A stretch of 64,000 bases of DNA from positions 53,680-117,679 of the forward strand of contig CATLHJ010000002.1 of assembly GCA_949949035.1 (NCBI GenBank). The letters run 5' to 3'. The notes beneath the pieces are model-generated. The model did not search any database. It was not told the DNA's origin and worked only from the letters and a program-made list of their open reading frames with translations. The DNA comes from an uncultured Clostridia bacterium (GTDB taxonomy: Bacteria > Bacillota > Clostridia > Christensenellales > UBA1242). Of the stretch, positions 47,640 through 57,948 are shown piece by piece (within the stretch, counting starts at the first letter, position 1; every line of letters starts with the position of its first letter). Made by a program: the position numbers and the translations under genes.

Positions 47640-49331
47640 TTATAGCACGGTAACGCTTTTTGCTAAGTTGCGTGGTTTGTCAGGGTTAATGCCTAATTGT
47701 TCCGCCATGTCTAACGCCATAATTTGGGCAGGTATGATGCGGGTGATAAAGTTTAACGGGTTTTCGGGAGCAAGAGGTGGTAGAGTAATTACTTGCCCAC
47801 CACGAGCAGTGATTTCCGCTACAGCATTGCTGGTGCTGTCGGATTGGTAAACTACCGCTAGGCTGTGCTGGTCAATCATGGATAAAGGACCATGTTTAAG
47901 TTCGTTGGCGGGATAGCCTTCGCAATGTGTGTAGGTGACTTCCTTAACTTTTAACGCTGATTCCAAAGCCAAAAAGTAGTCAATTTGTTTCCCGATGAAA
48001 AAAATCTTTTGCGGACGGTTGGCGGGCAGGTGAATTAACTGGCGGGCTTGCTGTAAAGTTGTTTGGGCAAGTTGACCTAATGCTGCACAATCGGCAGGGT
48101 TAAAGCGGTTAATCAATAAGCAACCGACCAGTAACGCTGCGCAAAAAACTTTGGTGCTGGCGACGGCGATTTCAGGGCCACAAAGTAAGGGGAAACAAAG
48201 TTCGCTTTGTCCGGCAATGGTACTACTGGTGACATTGCACAACGCTACAATAGGCACGCGGTGGGCTTGTAGCAGGCTGATACAAGCCAGAGTATCGGCG
48301 GTTTCACCCGATTGGCTGATAACGATGGCTAAATTACGTTTGTCAATTAAGGTGTCGGCGGTGAATTCACTGCTGACATGGGCAATTGCACGCAGATGCA
48401 AGTGCTTTTCGATTAGGTGAGCAATAATTAAGGCGGCGTGATAACTGGTGCCGCAGGCGCATAAGTGTACGCAGTCGGTTTGACTTAATTGGCGGTGAAA
48501 CTGGCGTTGGTGGAGCAGTAGTGTTTCGTCTTGTTGGTAAGCAGCAGTAATACGGTTTAACACGTCAGGAATTTCGTTAATTTCTTTTGCCATGTATGTG
48601 GCAAATCCGTTTTTGTCGGTTTGTTTGTTAAGTGGCGTAAACGCTTGCCAGGCTTTAGTAATAGGTTGACCAAGGTGGTAAAATTTGCTGCCGTCGAGCG
48701 TAATTTCTCCCGTGTCTCCGTCGTTTAGTGCAATAATTTGCTGGACGGTGGCGGGAAAAGCCATCGTGTCACTGCTGACGTAAACCGTGTCCTTTGCTCG
48801 ACCGAGATATAGGGGAAGAGTGCCACTCTTGGCAACGAAAAAGCCGGGCGCGGTAGTTGTGTCGGCGGCCGCAAAAACGTATTGACCACGTAAATACTGG
48901 TGTATCTTGTGTTTATTATGTTGTAATAAATACAAGATATTGGGAATAACTTCGGTATCAACTTCAGTACGCAGTTTAATCTGTTTCTTTTGTAGTTTGG
49001 TGCGGCATGCGTCATAGTTTTCAATAATCCCGTTATGTACCACCGCGATTTGCTCGTTAAAGGATACTTGCGGGTGGGCATTTTTCAAATTAACGCCACC
49101 ATTGGTTGCCCAACGGGTATGCCCAAGACACAAACTGGTTGCGGGGCGAGTTTTGACACGGGCAGTCAGTTGGTTAATGTCGCCGACCGCTTTGATGACA
49201 CGTAATTTCCCTTGGGCAGTGCGGTATACGATGCCGGCGCTGTCGTAACCGCGGTATTCTAATAAACGTAAACCTTGTAAAGTCTGGGTAATTAAATTGT
49301 GTTTTCCCAGACAACCAAAAATTCCACACAT
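47640..49331 (-). CDS. glmS: Glutamine--fructose-6-phosphate aminotransferase
   Basis: MCGI, LEYRGYDSAG, GHTRWAT, SQSGETADT, ELKHGP, PRNLAKSVTV. Confidence 0.96.
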   Translation of the reverse strand: MCGIFGCLGKHNLITQTLQGLRLLEYRGYDSAGIVYRTAQGKLRVIKAVGDINQLTARVKTRPATSLCLGHTRWATNGGVNLKNAHPQVSFNEQIAVVHNGIIENYDACRTKLQKKQIKLRTEVDTEVIPNILYLLQHNKHKIHQYLRGQYVFAAADTTTAPGFFVAKSGTLPLYLGRAKDTVYVSSDTMAFPATVQQIIALNDGDTGEITLDGSKFYHLGQPITKAWQAFTPLNKQTDKNGFATYMAKEINEIPDVLNRITAAYQQDETLLLHQRQFHRQLSQTDCVHLCACGTSYHAALIIAHLIEKHLHLRAIAHVSSEFTADTLIDKRNLAIVISQSGETADTLACISLLQAHRVPIVALCNVTSSTIAGQSELCFPLLCGPEIAVASTKVFCAALLVGCLLINRFNPADCAALGQLAQTTLQQARQLIHLPANRPQKIFFIGKQIDYFLALESALKVKEVTYTHCEGYPANELKHGPLSMIDQHSLAVVYQSDSTSNAVAEITARGGQVITLPPLAPENPLNFITRIIPAQIMALDMAEQLGINPDKPRNLAKSVTVL

Positions 49332-49379
49332 ATCGTTATCTATGTTGCCAGTCGCAAAAATGTTTGGTATGCTTAATTT

Positions 49380-49937
49380 ATGACTAAGTTAAATTTTCCG
49401 TATCGCATCGAGGTGTCGGCACGGCATGTGCATTTGTCAGCGTCCGATTTTGCTACTTTGTTCGGGGCGAACGCTGTTGCCGAGAAGGTTAAGGATTTAA
49501 GCGTGGACGGCGAATTCAAAACCAACTGTACGGTGACCATAGTGGGGCCTAAACGTAATTTAGAACGGGTAGCGGTGTTGGGCCCGTGGCGTGACCAAAC
49601 GCAAGTTGAAATTAGTTTAACCGACAGTTATTTTTTGGGAATTCCCGACGTACCATATCGTTTGAGTGGTGATTTAGTGGGGTCGGCACCCGTGAAATTG
49701 GTAGGGCCTTGTGGTACCTTATCTTTGCCGGCGGGCTTAATTATTGCGTTGCGCCATTTGCACATTGACGCTGCCACCATGCGCAAGCACCATTTACAGC
49801 CTGGGCAGGCCGTGGATATTACTACCGATGGTCCCCGAGCGGTGACATTCCACAACGTCATGGTTCGCGAATCGCAGGTGGATATTCCCGTGGTACATTT
49901 GGATACCGACGAAGGTAATGCAATGACGGCTAAATAA
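49380..49937 (+). CDS. pduL: PduL-type phosphate acyltransferase
   Basis: VSARHVHLS, QVEIS.TD, R.SGDL.GS, RHLH, HLDTDEGNA. Confidence 0.92.
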   Translation: MTKLNFPYRIEVSARHVHLSASDFATLFGANAVAEKVKDLSVDGEFKTNCTVTIVGPKRNLERVAVLGPWRDQTQVEISLTDSYFLGIPDVPYRLSGDLVGSAPVKLVGPCGTLSLPAGLIIALRHLHIDAATMRKHHLQPGQAVDITTDGPRAVTFHNVMVRESQVDIPVVHLDTDEGNAMTAK

Positions 49938-49996
49938 TATTTATTTGCCGTTTCCACATAATTAAGATATAATTTGAGTGGGCATTTGGGGGAATT

Positions 49997-51523
49997 TTGA
50001 ACCGTTGGTATAAGTGGTGTGTTCTGTCGTTAATTACCTTGGTGGTAGGGATGGTTATGGTCGGTCTTGCCCCCTTAAAAACGGCTGCGTTAAACACGGT
50101 TAGGGCAACATCGGAATCCAGTTTAATTTCGGTGCCAGGCGCTTACGCTTTTTTACCCAGCGAGTTAGAAACTGATAGTTCCGTGGTGGGGGTTTTTTTA
50201 ACCAAAGCCACTAAATACGGTACTACGTATTTCGGTAGTGTTGACGCACATGACCTTTACGAAAACAATGGGGGAACCAGTTTTAACCCGACTTACACCG
50301 CCATGGTCAAGCATAACGACATTTGGGAAGACGTGCCCGTTAACGCCCAAGGACAGTGTGAAGGATCATTCCGCATTGACAGTACTTTTGATATCGAAGC
50401 CTCGGATAAGTTATCCATTGGTTGGGAATTGGACGCTGATGCGCCGGCTGCCGTGTACGGTATTAAGTGTGCTTACCCTGACCCAGTAACGCCCGAAATC
50501 CACGAAAGTATTTTCTATGTAGTTTACACTGATGCTTGGACTTATTTGTCGGTCTATGACCAAAACGGCAGTCATTATCTTAATAATTTTGGGGGTGGTA
50601 GTGATCGCACATTGACGGTTCAGTTATCCTTTAATGACGGGGCTATTACCCCTACGTGGGAGCCAGTTAATGACGAAATAGATGATTCAGGAGTTTATTA
50701 CGGTGCCATCAGTAAAAATGAGATTATTTCTTTGGATACTTTGCAATTTACCTTAAAAAGTATTACCGGTGAAAGTTATAACGGCATGATCAGCGTGCAA
50801 CGAATACCGAACACGAATTTGGTCAGTTTAATTTTTGCCGATAACTTGGCTAACGGTACTTACGTTTTACAAGTTTCGTCAACAGTTGATGATAAAATTT
50901 ACGGCGAATTGGTGATTTATAACGGTGTGCGCAATGCAGGAATCAATTTATCACGGATTTGGATTTTCTTTATGGTAGCCGGTGGTTTGATTGTGTTAAC
51001 GGCGGTAATTATGTTCTTCTTGCCGTTGTCAATGGCCAAAATTAACACCCGACGGGTCGATAAAGAAAATGCCCGCATCGCGCGCATGAAAAATCCGGAA
51101 GCCTACGCCAATAAAAGCGGTACGCTGTTCCAGCGCCTACAAACTAAACTAAAAAAATTGGCTAATCGTAAGCAAAAGGACGGGGCAGCCACCGAAGAAG
51201 CAAAACCGCAGGCAGAACCTACACCCGCGTTCAAACCCAAATTTACCGATCTATTACGGGAACGTCGTGAACAACGTGATGGAATGAACAAAGGGGGAAA
51301 AACCACCGCAACAACACCGGCCAATAATGCCACGCAAGAAGCTACTGGCAAAACAGGTTTTGCTTTCTTGCGTGACGACGATGACGATGATGAAATTGCT
51401 TCGTTGCGTGAAGTGAAGGAGGAAGTCTCCACGATTGAGACCGGTTCTTATGTGAAAGACGGGGTAACTTTTGCCAAATTAGACAGTTTGCAGGGTGAAA
51501 ATGACGACCAAAACGGGCAATAA
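49997..51523 (+). CDS. Secreted/membrane-anchored hypothetical protein
   Basis: Signal peptide, internal TM helix, charged cytoplasmic tail. Confidence 0.75.
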   Translation: MNRWYKWCVLSLITLVVGMVMVGLAPLKTAALNTVRATSESSLISVPGAYAFLPSELETDSSVVGVFLTKATKYGTTYFGSVDAHDLYENNGGTSFNPTYTAMVKHNDIWEDVPVNAQGQCEGSFRIDSTFDIEASDKLSIGWELDADAPAAVYGIKCAYPDPVTPEIHESIFYVVYTDAWTYLSVYDQNGSHYLNNFGGGSDRTLTVQLSFNDGAITPTWEPVNDEIDDSGVYYGAISKNEIISLDTLQFTLKSITGESYNGMISVQRIPNTNLVSLIFADNLANGTYVLQVSSTVDDKIYGELVIYNGVRNAGINLSRIWIFFMVAGGLIVLTAVIMFFLPLSMAKINTRRVDKENARIARMKNPEAYANKSGTLFQRLQTKLKKLANRKQKDGAATEEAKPQAEPTPAFKPKFTDLLRERREQRDGMNKGGKTTATTPANNATQEATGKTGFAFLRDDDDDDEIASLREVKEEVSTIETGSYVKDGVTFAKLDSLQGENDDQNGQ

Positions 51524-51962
51524 TTTAACTGCTGGGGAATTATACGAACGGGCGGTAGCGTATATTTTGCGCCTGCCGAAAACCGAAAAACAGGTACGGC
51601 AATGGTACGCCAGAAAAACCACTGATCAGGCCTTAATTGACGAGCAGATTGCTCGCTTGCAAGAGTACAATTTACTTAACGATGTCGATTATGCGCAAAT
51701 GTACGTGGCGGGGAAACGTGATAAAATGGGGGTTGGCATGATTAAAACCAAATTACGGCAAAACGGTGTGGCTCCCGCCATTATTACTGCGGCCGTGGCC
51801 GTTATTGACGACCAACGAGATTTAGCAGTAAACTTGGTTACTAAATACTTGCGTAATAAAGAACGGACACCGGCCGTAAAAAGCAAGTTATTCCGTTGGT
51901 TGTTGAGTAAAGGAATAGATTACGATTTAGGGGCGGAGGTCATTGATGAATATTGGTATTGA
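51501..51962 (+). CDS. recX: RecX-like regulatory protein
   Basis: A..Y....PKTEKQ, L.EY.L.ND..YA, IK..L.Q.GV, L.R.L.SKG. Confidence 0.85.
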   Translation: MTTKTGNNLTAGELYERAVAYILRLPKTEKQVRQWYARKTTDQALIDEQIARLQEYNLLNDVDYAQMYVAGKRDKMGVGMIKTKLRQNGVAPAIITAAVAVIDDQRDLAVNLVTKYLRNKERTPAVKSKLFRWLLSKGIDYDLGAEVIDEYWY

Positions 51963-52254
51963 TATTGTTGATTGCGAACGCTGCGGGGGTATTGTATCGA
52001 ACAAAATCTTTGCTCCCAGTGAACTGGCGTATATTAACCAAAAAAATAATGCGCTGACTACCATCGCGGGGTTGTACGCCGCCAAGGAAGCCTATTGCAA
52101 AGCCAAAGGTACCGGCATCGTCAAAAGCCAGTTACCACAAATCGTGATTGCTCATGACGCCTTGGGTAAGCCGTATTACGCCAACGACCCGCAAAGTACG
52201 CTGTCGATTAGTCATACCGCACTTTCGGCCGTGGCTGTTTGCCTGATTTTTTAG
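51943..52254 (+). CDS. acpS: Holo-ACP synthase
   Basis: IGIDIV, AAKEA..KA.GTG, GKP, LSISH. Confidence 0.92.
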   Translation: MMNIGIDIVDCERCGGIVSNKIFAPSELAYINQKNNALTTIAGLYAAKEAYCKAKGTGIVKSQLPQIVIAHDALGKPYYANDPQSTLSISHTALSAVAVCLIF

Positions 52255-52288
52255 GAATTTAGGACTTTTTTACGTATATATAAGCATA

Positions 52289-54079
52289 ATGCAAAACAAA
52301 GGTTACCCCGAAGAATTTATCAAACGTGTTCGCGATGCCAGTAATATCGTAGATATTGCCAAAGGTTATTTGCCTTTGAAACAAAAGGGACAAGACTTTT
52401 GGGCTTGCTGCCCGTTCCACAGTGAAAAAACGCCCAGTTTTGCTATCAGTGCGCCAAAACAGTTTTATTACTGCTACGGGTGTCACGCCAGCGGTAATGT
52501 TTTCTCTTTGGTGATGAAGATGGAAAATCTGTCTTGGCGCGAAGCGGTAGAGCACTTGGCCAAAAAAGCCAATATCGAACTACCGCAAACCGCGGACAAC
52601 AGTGATTGGTTAAAGCTGCGACAAAAAAAAGAAAAAATTTATCAGGCTTTAATGTTGGCTCGTGATTATTATTGTCGGACCTTGCAACGTCCCGCCAATC
52701 GGGCGGCGGTAGAATACTTGCACCAACGTGGCATTGATGACGAATTGATTAAATTGTTCCACATCGGTTACAGTGACAGTTGGCAAGGGGTAGTTGATGA
52801 ACTGAAAAGTCATGGTATCAGTGAACAGTTGTTGCAGGAAGCAGGCATCGTGGCCAAAAACGAGCATGGTCGAATTTGGGATGCACAATTTGAACGGATA
52901 ACTTTTGCTATTCACGACGTTTATGGTAACTGTATCGGTTTTACTGGGCGCACCATGAAAAAGGATGAAAATTTGGCCAAATATAAAAATACGGCTGAAA
53001 CCATGGTTTTTAACAAAAGCAATATCGTATATGGCGTAGACGTGATGAAGGAAAAAACTCGCGGGCAGGGCATGGCGGGTTTGATTGTGGTTGAAGGTAA
53101 CGTTGATGAAATTGCCATGGTAAAAAACGGCTTCCCCAATACAGTAGCGTGCATGGGAACCGCCTTAACTAAGTTCCACGCGGGAATCATAGCACGGTTT
53201 AGCCGCGTAGTGTACCTGTGTCTAGATGGTGATAATGCGGGGCAGCACGCCACTTTGAAGTCGATTGATGTTTTACAGAACGCGGGGTTAGCCGTAAAAG
53301 TGGTAGTTTTACCTGATGGTCAGGACCCTGATGAATTTTTGCAAACTCACGGGGCTGCGGCCATGCAAAAAATGTTGGCCAACAGTATGGGGGGGATGGA
53401 ATTTAAGTTGGACTACTTAAAAAAACATAGCGATTTGACCAATCGGGTCGGTAAGGCCGAGTACCTTAATCAAGCGGTGGCTTTATTGGCAGAAATCCCT
53501 ACTATTGCCGAGCGTGAGTTGTACCTATCCGATGTTGCCGAAGCGGTCGGGGTAACGGTGGAAGCCATACGCAATACTTTGCTTTCACAATTAAGTAAAA
53601 AGGAAACACCGATAAAAAAGAAAGATGACACTATATATAGTGGTAATTATGGTAATAACAACCACAATATACAAAAGCGAAAAGTTCCGCCTAAGGTATT
53701 GGCCGCCGAGGCGGTAATTACCAAGGCCGTCTTGCATGATCGTGAATATGCCCGCGATTTTCCGCGGGAAGAGTTGCCAACCTTGCACAATGTGGTTTAC
53801 CAAAAAATTGTTGCCGAGGGCTTGAAACTGAAAGACATATATGATATTTTAGATGAAAAAGAGTTAGCCATGATTGACCCGCCATTACTTGATGAGCGTA
53901 CTGAACAATCGGCACAGGATGAAATAGCGGAATGGCAAGATTGTTTTAATCTCTTGCGGAAGAGTAAGTTGGAACAACAGCGGGACGCGGCTACCGATAT
54001 TGCGACCAAAGCAAAGATCATTAAACAAATTAAAGCATTAGAAAAAGCGATGCAACAGCAAAAAGTGGAGGACATGTAA
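52289..54079 (+). CDS. dnaG: DNA primase
   Basis: CPFH.EKTPSF zinc finger, F.GR, KY.N, VEG..D, D.D.AG, DPDE. Confidence 0.97.
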   Translation: MQNKGYPEEFIKRVRDASNIVDIAKGYLPLKQKGQDFWACCPFHSEKTPSFAISAPKQFYYCYGCHASGNVFSLVMKMENLSWREAVEHLAKKANIELPQTADNSDWLKLRQKKEKIYQALMLARDYYCRTLQRPANRAAVEYLHQRGIDDELIKLFHIGYSDSWQGVVDELKSHGISEQLLQEAGIVAKNEHGRIWDAQFERITFAIHDVYGNCIGFTGRTMKKDENLAKYKNTAETMVFNKSNIVYGVDVMKEKTRGQGMAGLIVVEGNVDEIAMVKNGFPNTVACMGTALTKFHAGIIARFSRVVYLCLDGDNAGQHATLKSIDVLQNAGLAVKVVVLPDGQDPDEFLQTHGAAAMQKMLANSMGGMEFKLDYLKKHSDLTNRVGKAEYLNQAVALLAEIPTIAERELYLSDVAEAVGVTVEAIRNTLLSQLSKKETPIKKKDDTIYSGNYGNNNHNIQKRKVPPKVLAAEAVITKAVLHDREYARDFPREELPTLHNVVYQKIVAEGLKLKDIYDILDEKELAMIDPPLLDERTEQSAQDEIAEWQDCFNLLRKSKLEQQRDAATDIATKAKIIKQIKALEKAMQQQKVEDM

Positions 54080-54081
54080 CC

Positions 54082-55641
54082 ATGAAAGATAAGGAAAAAC
54101 TGGGAAAGAGTAAGGCGAAAGATAAAACTGCTAAAACGCCAACCAAAGTGACAACAGTAAACGCAACCGCCAAAACAATGACGAAGACCGCCAAAGTGAC
54201 AACGAAGGCTACCTTAAAAGCGGTGAAATTAAACAAGACTGCGGTTGTGCCTGCGGTACAAAAAACGTCCGTAGCTAAAGCAGCGGCCAAACCGGTAAGG
54301 GTGGCGAAATCTGTGGGTACCACGAAAACTACGACAAAAAAGACCTTAAATACTGCATCTAGTGCTAAAAAAGTCACGAAAACCACTAAAAATACCACGG
54401 CCAAGGCGAAAAAAGCGACCAAAATCTTAAAATCGACGAACGGTGCTAAATCTATTGCCACTGATACCGTTAAAGCCAAAGCTGTTGTGAAATTGGTTAA
54501 GAATGTCAAACCAAGTAAATCCGAGGCTAAGGCTGACCTTTCCGGAAAAACTACACCATCATCGGTGGTGTCGACCGGTGAAATGCGTCCGGAAATAGCC
54601 GAATTGATTAACCGTCTATTGGAAATTGATAAAGGGCGTGAGATTAAAGAAGACAAATTGACCATGATGTTGATTGAACGCGATGCTACCGCCACTGATG
54701 TGGAAAAAGCCAAAAATATTTTAACAAATGCGGGGATAACGATTAAAAAAACGACCGAAGATGATAAAATGAACTTGGACGCGATTGAAAAAATTATGTC
54801 CGAAGCGTCAGTTGATGACCCGATTAAAATTTATTTGCGCGATATTGGGCGTTATAAATTGTTGACGGCTGAAGAAGAAGTTGAAATCGCTAAACGCATG
54901 GCGGACGGCGATTTGGAGGCTAAAGAAAAACTTAACCAAAGCAACTTGCGCTTGGTGGTGCATATCGCTAAAAGATACGTTGACCGTACACCCTTAAAAT
55001 TACTTGATTTGATCCAAGAAGGCAACCTGGGCTTAATGAAGGCGGTAGATAAGTTCGATTATCGCAAAGGCTTCCGTTTTTCGACTTATGCCACTTGGTG
55101 GATTCGCCAATCGATTACGCGGGCCATGGCTGACCAAAGCCGTATTGTGCGCTTGCCCGTGCATATGGTAGAGACTATCAACCGTTTGGCTAAGACTACT
55201 AAAATGTTACAACAAGAATTTGGACGCGAACCAACTACTGCGGAATTGGCCGAACGTATGGAAGTTGCCGAAGAAAAGATTGAAGAAATTCGCCGGATCA
55301 GCCAAGATACCACCAGTATTGATGCGCCGTTGGGAGACGAAGGGGATGGTACGATTATGGATACACTTTCCGACCCGTCGATTATTCAACCCGAGGACAA
55401 TACTTTTAAGGAAGGCCTGAAATCGCAACTGATGTTAATTATTGCGTCCTTAACGCCGCGTGAACAAAAGGTGATTCGTTTACGGTATGGTTTGGATGAT
55501 GGGCGACCCCGTACTTTGGAGGAAGTAGGGCGTATCTTTGAGGTCACTCGTGAACGTATTCGCCAAATTGAAGCCAAAGCCTTGCGTAAACTGCGCAACC
55601 CGAACCGTACCCGTCGCCTGAAGGATTTTGTAGAAGCCTAA
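54082..55641 (+). CDS. sigA: Primary sigma factor with a long K/T/A-rich N-terminal extension
   Basis: DDPIKIYL, NLRLVV.IAK.Y, DLIQEGN.GL, FSTYATWWIRQ, TRERIRQIE.KAL. Confidence 0.97.
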   Translation: MKDKEKLGKSKAKDKTAKTPTKVTTVNATAKTMTKTAKVTTKATLKAVKLNKTAVVPAVQKTSVAKAAAKPVRVAKSVGTTKTTTKKTLNTASSAKKVTKTTKNTTAKAKKATKILKSTNGAKSIATDTVKAKAVVKLVKNVKPSKSEAKADLSGKTTPSSVVSTGEMRPEIAELINRLLEIDKGREIKEDKLTMMLIERDATATDVEKAKNILTNAGITIKKTTEDDKMNLDAIEKIMSEASVDDPIKIYLRDIGRYKLLTAEEEVEIAKRMADGDLEAKEKLNQSNLRLVVHIAKRYVDRTPLKLLDLIQEGNLGLMKAVDKFDYRKGFRFSTYATWWIRQSITRAMADQSRIVRLPVHMVETINRLAKTTKMLQQEFGREPTTAELAERMEVAEEKIEEIRRISQDTTSIDAPLGDEGDGTIMDTLSDPSIIQPEDNTFKEGLKSQLMLIIASLTPREQKVIRLRYGLDDGRPRTLEEVGRIFEVTRERIRQIEAKALRKLRNPNRTRRLKDFVEA

Positions 55642-55684
55642 TTTTAACATTGCTTAAATTGTCGACGCGTGGTATGATAAAAGT

Positions 55685-56374
55685 ATGAATGCGAGTATTA
55701 CAAAGTTGTTAACTGCCCAAAAAATTGATCACGAGCGTTTGGTCTTGTTACAGGCTTTGACGAAGGGTAGCGTCAAGGTAGAATTAGACAAAGCCAATCA
55801 AACCATTGTTGACTCCAAGAAAAATTTGTTACAGTTGGAAGCCGATGCTAAAAATTTGAAAGATAATTACGAAAAAGTGAGTAAAATTATTACCGAAACT
55901 TTGGCTTTAGTGAAACAGGCTAATCAAGCCCAAAGCCAAGATATGGGCGAATACGGCGATTATTTGTCGAAACTATCAATTTTGGAAAGTCAGTTGGCGG
56001 ATATCGAACGTAAAATTATGGAAAAATCGTCCGCCTTTAAGAACGCTACCGTTTCCGTGGTGAAGGCCAGTGATTTTGTAAAGAAGAATTTACCAACTTA
56101 TGAACAACAAAAACAGCAAACTGACGTCCAAGTAAAGGCTTTGGAAAAACAGTTTGCGGAAGCGACTAACGAAGTCGATGAAAAATTGTTGGCTAAATAC
56201 AAAGCCGCACGTAAAAGTAAGGTTGGGGATGTTAAAGACGTGTTGGTACCATTAACGGCTGATAGGCGTTGCCAAGGGTGCTATATGGATGTGCCGGCGG
56301 CCATTACTAGTAAAATCAGTGCCGATGGTTGGGCGCTTTGCGAAGAATGTGGAAGGATTATTTATAAAGCATGA
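55685..56374 (+). CDS. Coiled-coil protein with a C4-type zinc ribbon (CT398/DUF164-like)
   Basis: Long coiled coil; CQGC...CEECGRI. Confidence 0.85.
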   Translation: MNASITKLLTAQKIDHERLVLLQALTKGSVKVELDKANQTIVDSKKNLLQLEADAKNLKDNYEKVSKIITETLALVKQANQAQSQDMGEYGDYLSKLSILESQLADIERKIMEKSSAFKNATVSVVKASDFVKKNLPTYEQQKQQTDVQVKALEKQFAEATNEVDEKLLAKYKAARKSKVGDVKDVLVPLTADRRCQGCYMDVPAAITSKISADGWALCEECGRIIYKA

Positions 56375-57675
56375 AAACTTTGGCACGGTTTGCCGATTTT
56401 TATCAAAAAATTAACGCCACCAGTTCGCGTTTAGCCAAAGAAGCCATTTTGGCAGAATACCGTGCTGATGATGCACTGCAAGAAGTGTTAAAATTTTTGT
56501 TCAATCCTTTTATCGTAACGGGCATCAGTGCCAAAAAATTGACCAAAGCGGTAACCATTGCGGGGCAGCCTTGTGGCAGCCTGCACGAACTCTTAACGTA
56601 TTTTCAAGCTCATAACACGGGGCGCGACGAAGATATCGCAGTGTTGAGACAATTTACCGCAGACTTACCGGCGGAACAGCAAAACTTGGTTTACGGTTTA
56701 ATTAAAAAAGATTTAACGCTGGGGGCCAACGAAAAAACGTTGAATAAAGTGTTTGGAGCGGGATTTATTCCCGCCTTTAACGTTATGTTAGCGGAGAAGT
56801 ACGGCGAGAATCAAGACTATGTAGCGGGAAAAAAGTTTATTATTACCGAAAAATTTGATGGGGTACGCTGTATGTTGATTTTTAATGATGCGGGGGGACC
56901 GACTTTCTTCTCACGGGCGGGTAAGTCTTTTGATGATCTGATTGAATTGAGTGAAGAAGTACAAAAATTGGATCACCAGTTGGTTTACGACGGGGAGTTG
57001 TTGCTGGGTACTGACCAAAAAATTGACAGTGCCGACCTTTACCGCATGACCGTTAAGGTAACCGCCAAGGACGGTGAAAAGCGGGGGTTAATTTATAATG
57101 TCTTTGATGCGTTACCGAAAAGTGATTTATTGGCTGGTTATTCGGCGATTCCGTGCCAACGCCGTAAAGCAATGGTCAGTAAGCAGTTGAAAAAATTGAC
57201 TTTGCCACACGTGAAAAACGTACCGATACTTTACTCGGGAACAGACGTGAAACAAATTGATACTATTTGTGATGAATACACCAATATGGGGCGCGAAGGG
57301 GTCATGGTTAACCTTGCCGACGCTCCTTATGAATGTAAACGTACTAAAAATTTGTTGAAGGTAAAACGTTTTAATGCCGCCGATGTGCGGGTTTTAGACT
57401 GGGAAGAGGGCGCGGGTGCCAACCAAGGTAAATTAGGTGCCGTGACCGTTGAATTTATTGCCCCTGACGGAAAACATTACCAATGTAAAGTTGGCAGTGG
57501 TTTCGCTAAAGAAGAACGAGAGTACTTTTTTGCCAATCCCTCGGCGATTGTGGGACACATTATTGAAATTGGTTACTTTGAATTATCAAAGAACCAAAAT
57601 GATGACGGGTATTCTTTGCGTTTTCCGACTTTCAAATGTTTGCGCGACGATAAAGACGAAATTTCTATGCATTAA
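56371..57675 (+). CDS. ATP-dependent DNA ligase, phage-type
   Basis: TEKFDGVR, SR.GK, YDGEL, FD, EGVM, KR...LLKVK, VGSGF, SLRFP.F...R.DK. Confidence 0.93.
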   Translation: MKTLARFADFYQKINATSSRLAKEAILAEYRADDALQEVLKFLFNPFIVTGISAKKLTKAVTIAGQPCGSLHELLTYFQAHNTGRDEDIAVLRQFTADLPAEQQNLVYGLIKKDLTLGANEKTLNKVFGAGFIPAFNVMLAEKYGENQDYVAGKKFIITEKFDGVRCMLIFNDAGGPTFFSRAGKSFDDLIELSEEVQKLDHQLVYDGELLLGTDQKIDSADLYRMTVKVTAKDGEKRGLIYNVFDALPKSDLLAGYSAIPCQRRKAMVSKQLKKLTLPHVKNVPILYSGTDVKQIDTICDEYTNMGREGVMVNLADAPYECKRTKNLLKVKRFNAADVRVLDWEEGAGANQGKLGAVTVEFIAPDGKHYQCKVGSGFAKEEREYFFANPSAIVGHIIEIGYFELSKNQNDDGYSLRFPTFKCLRDDKDEISMH

Positions 57676-57726
57676 AATTGCATAAATTTGTTTGTCACGG
57701 TTAAATTTAATGGTATAATTATTATT

Positions 57727-57945
57727 ATGTTATATCCGAAAATTGAAGATTGTATTGCCAAAGCTGGTAACAGTAAATATGTTTTAGTGGCGATGGTGGC
57801 TAAACGTGCCAAGGACTTAATCACGCGTAACGCGGGACAATTTACCGCCGGTAAGGAAAAACAAATTTCTTACGCTATGCGGGAAGTCATGGACGGGCGC
57901 ATGGTACCCGTTTATGGCGCTAATCAAGTGGTTAATGCTAAATAA
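57727..57945 (+). CDS. rpoZ: RNA polymerase omega subunit
   Basis: MLYP.I, SKY.LV..VAKRAK, K.IS.A..E. Confidence 0.9.
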   Translation: MLYPKIEDCIAKAGNSKYVLVAMVAKRAKDLITRNAGQFTAGKEKQISYAMREVMDGRMVPVYGANQVVNAK

Positions 57946-57948
57946 TCT

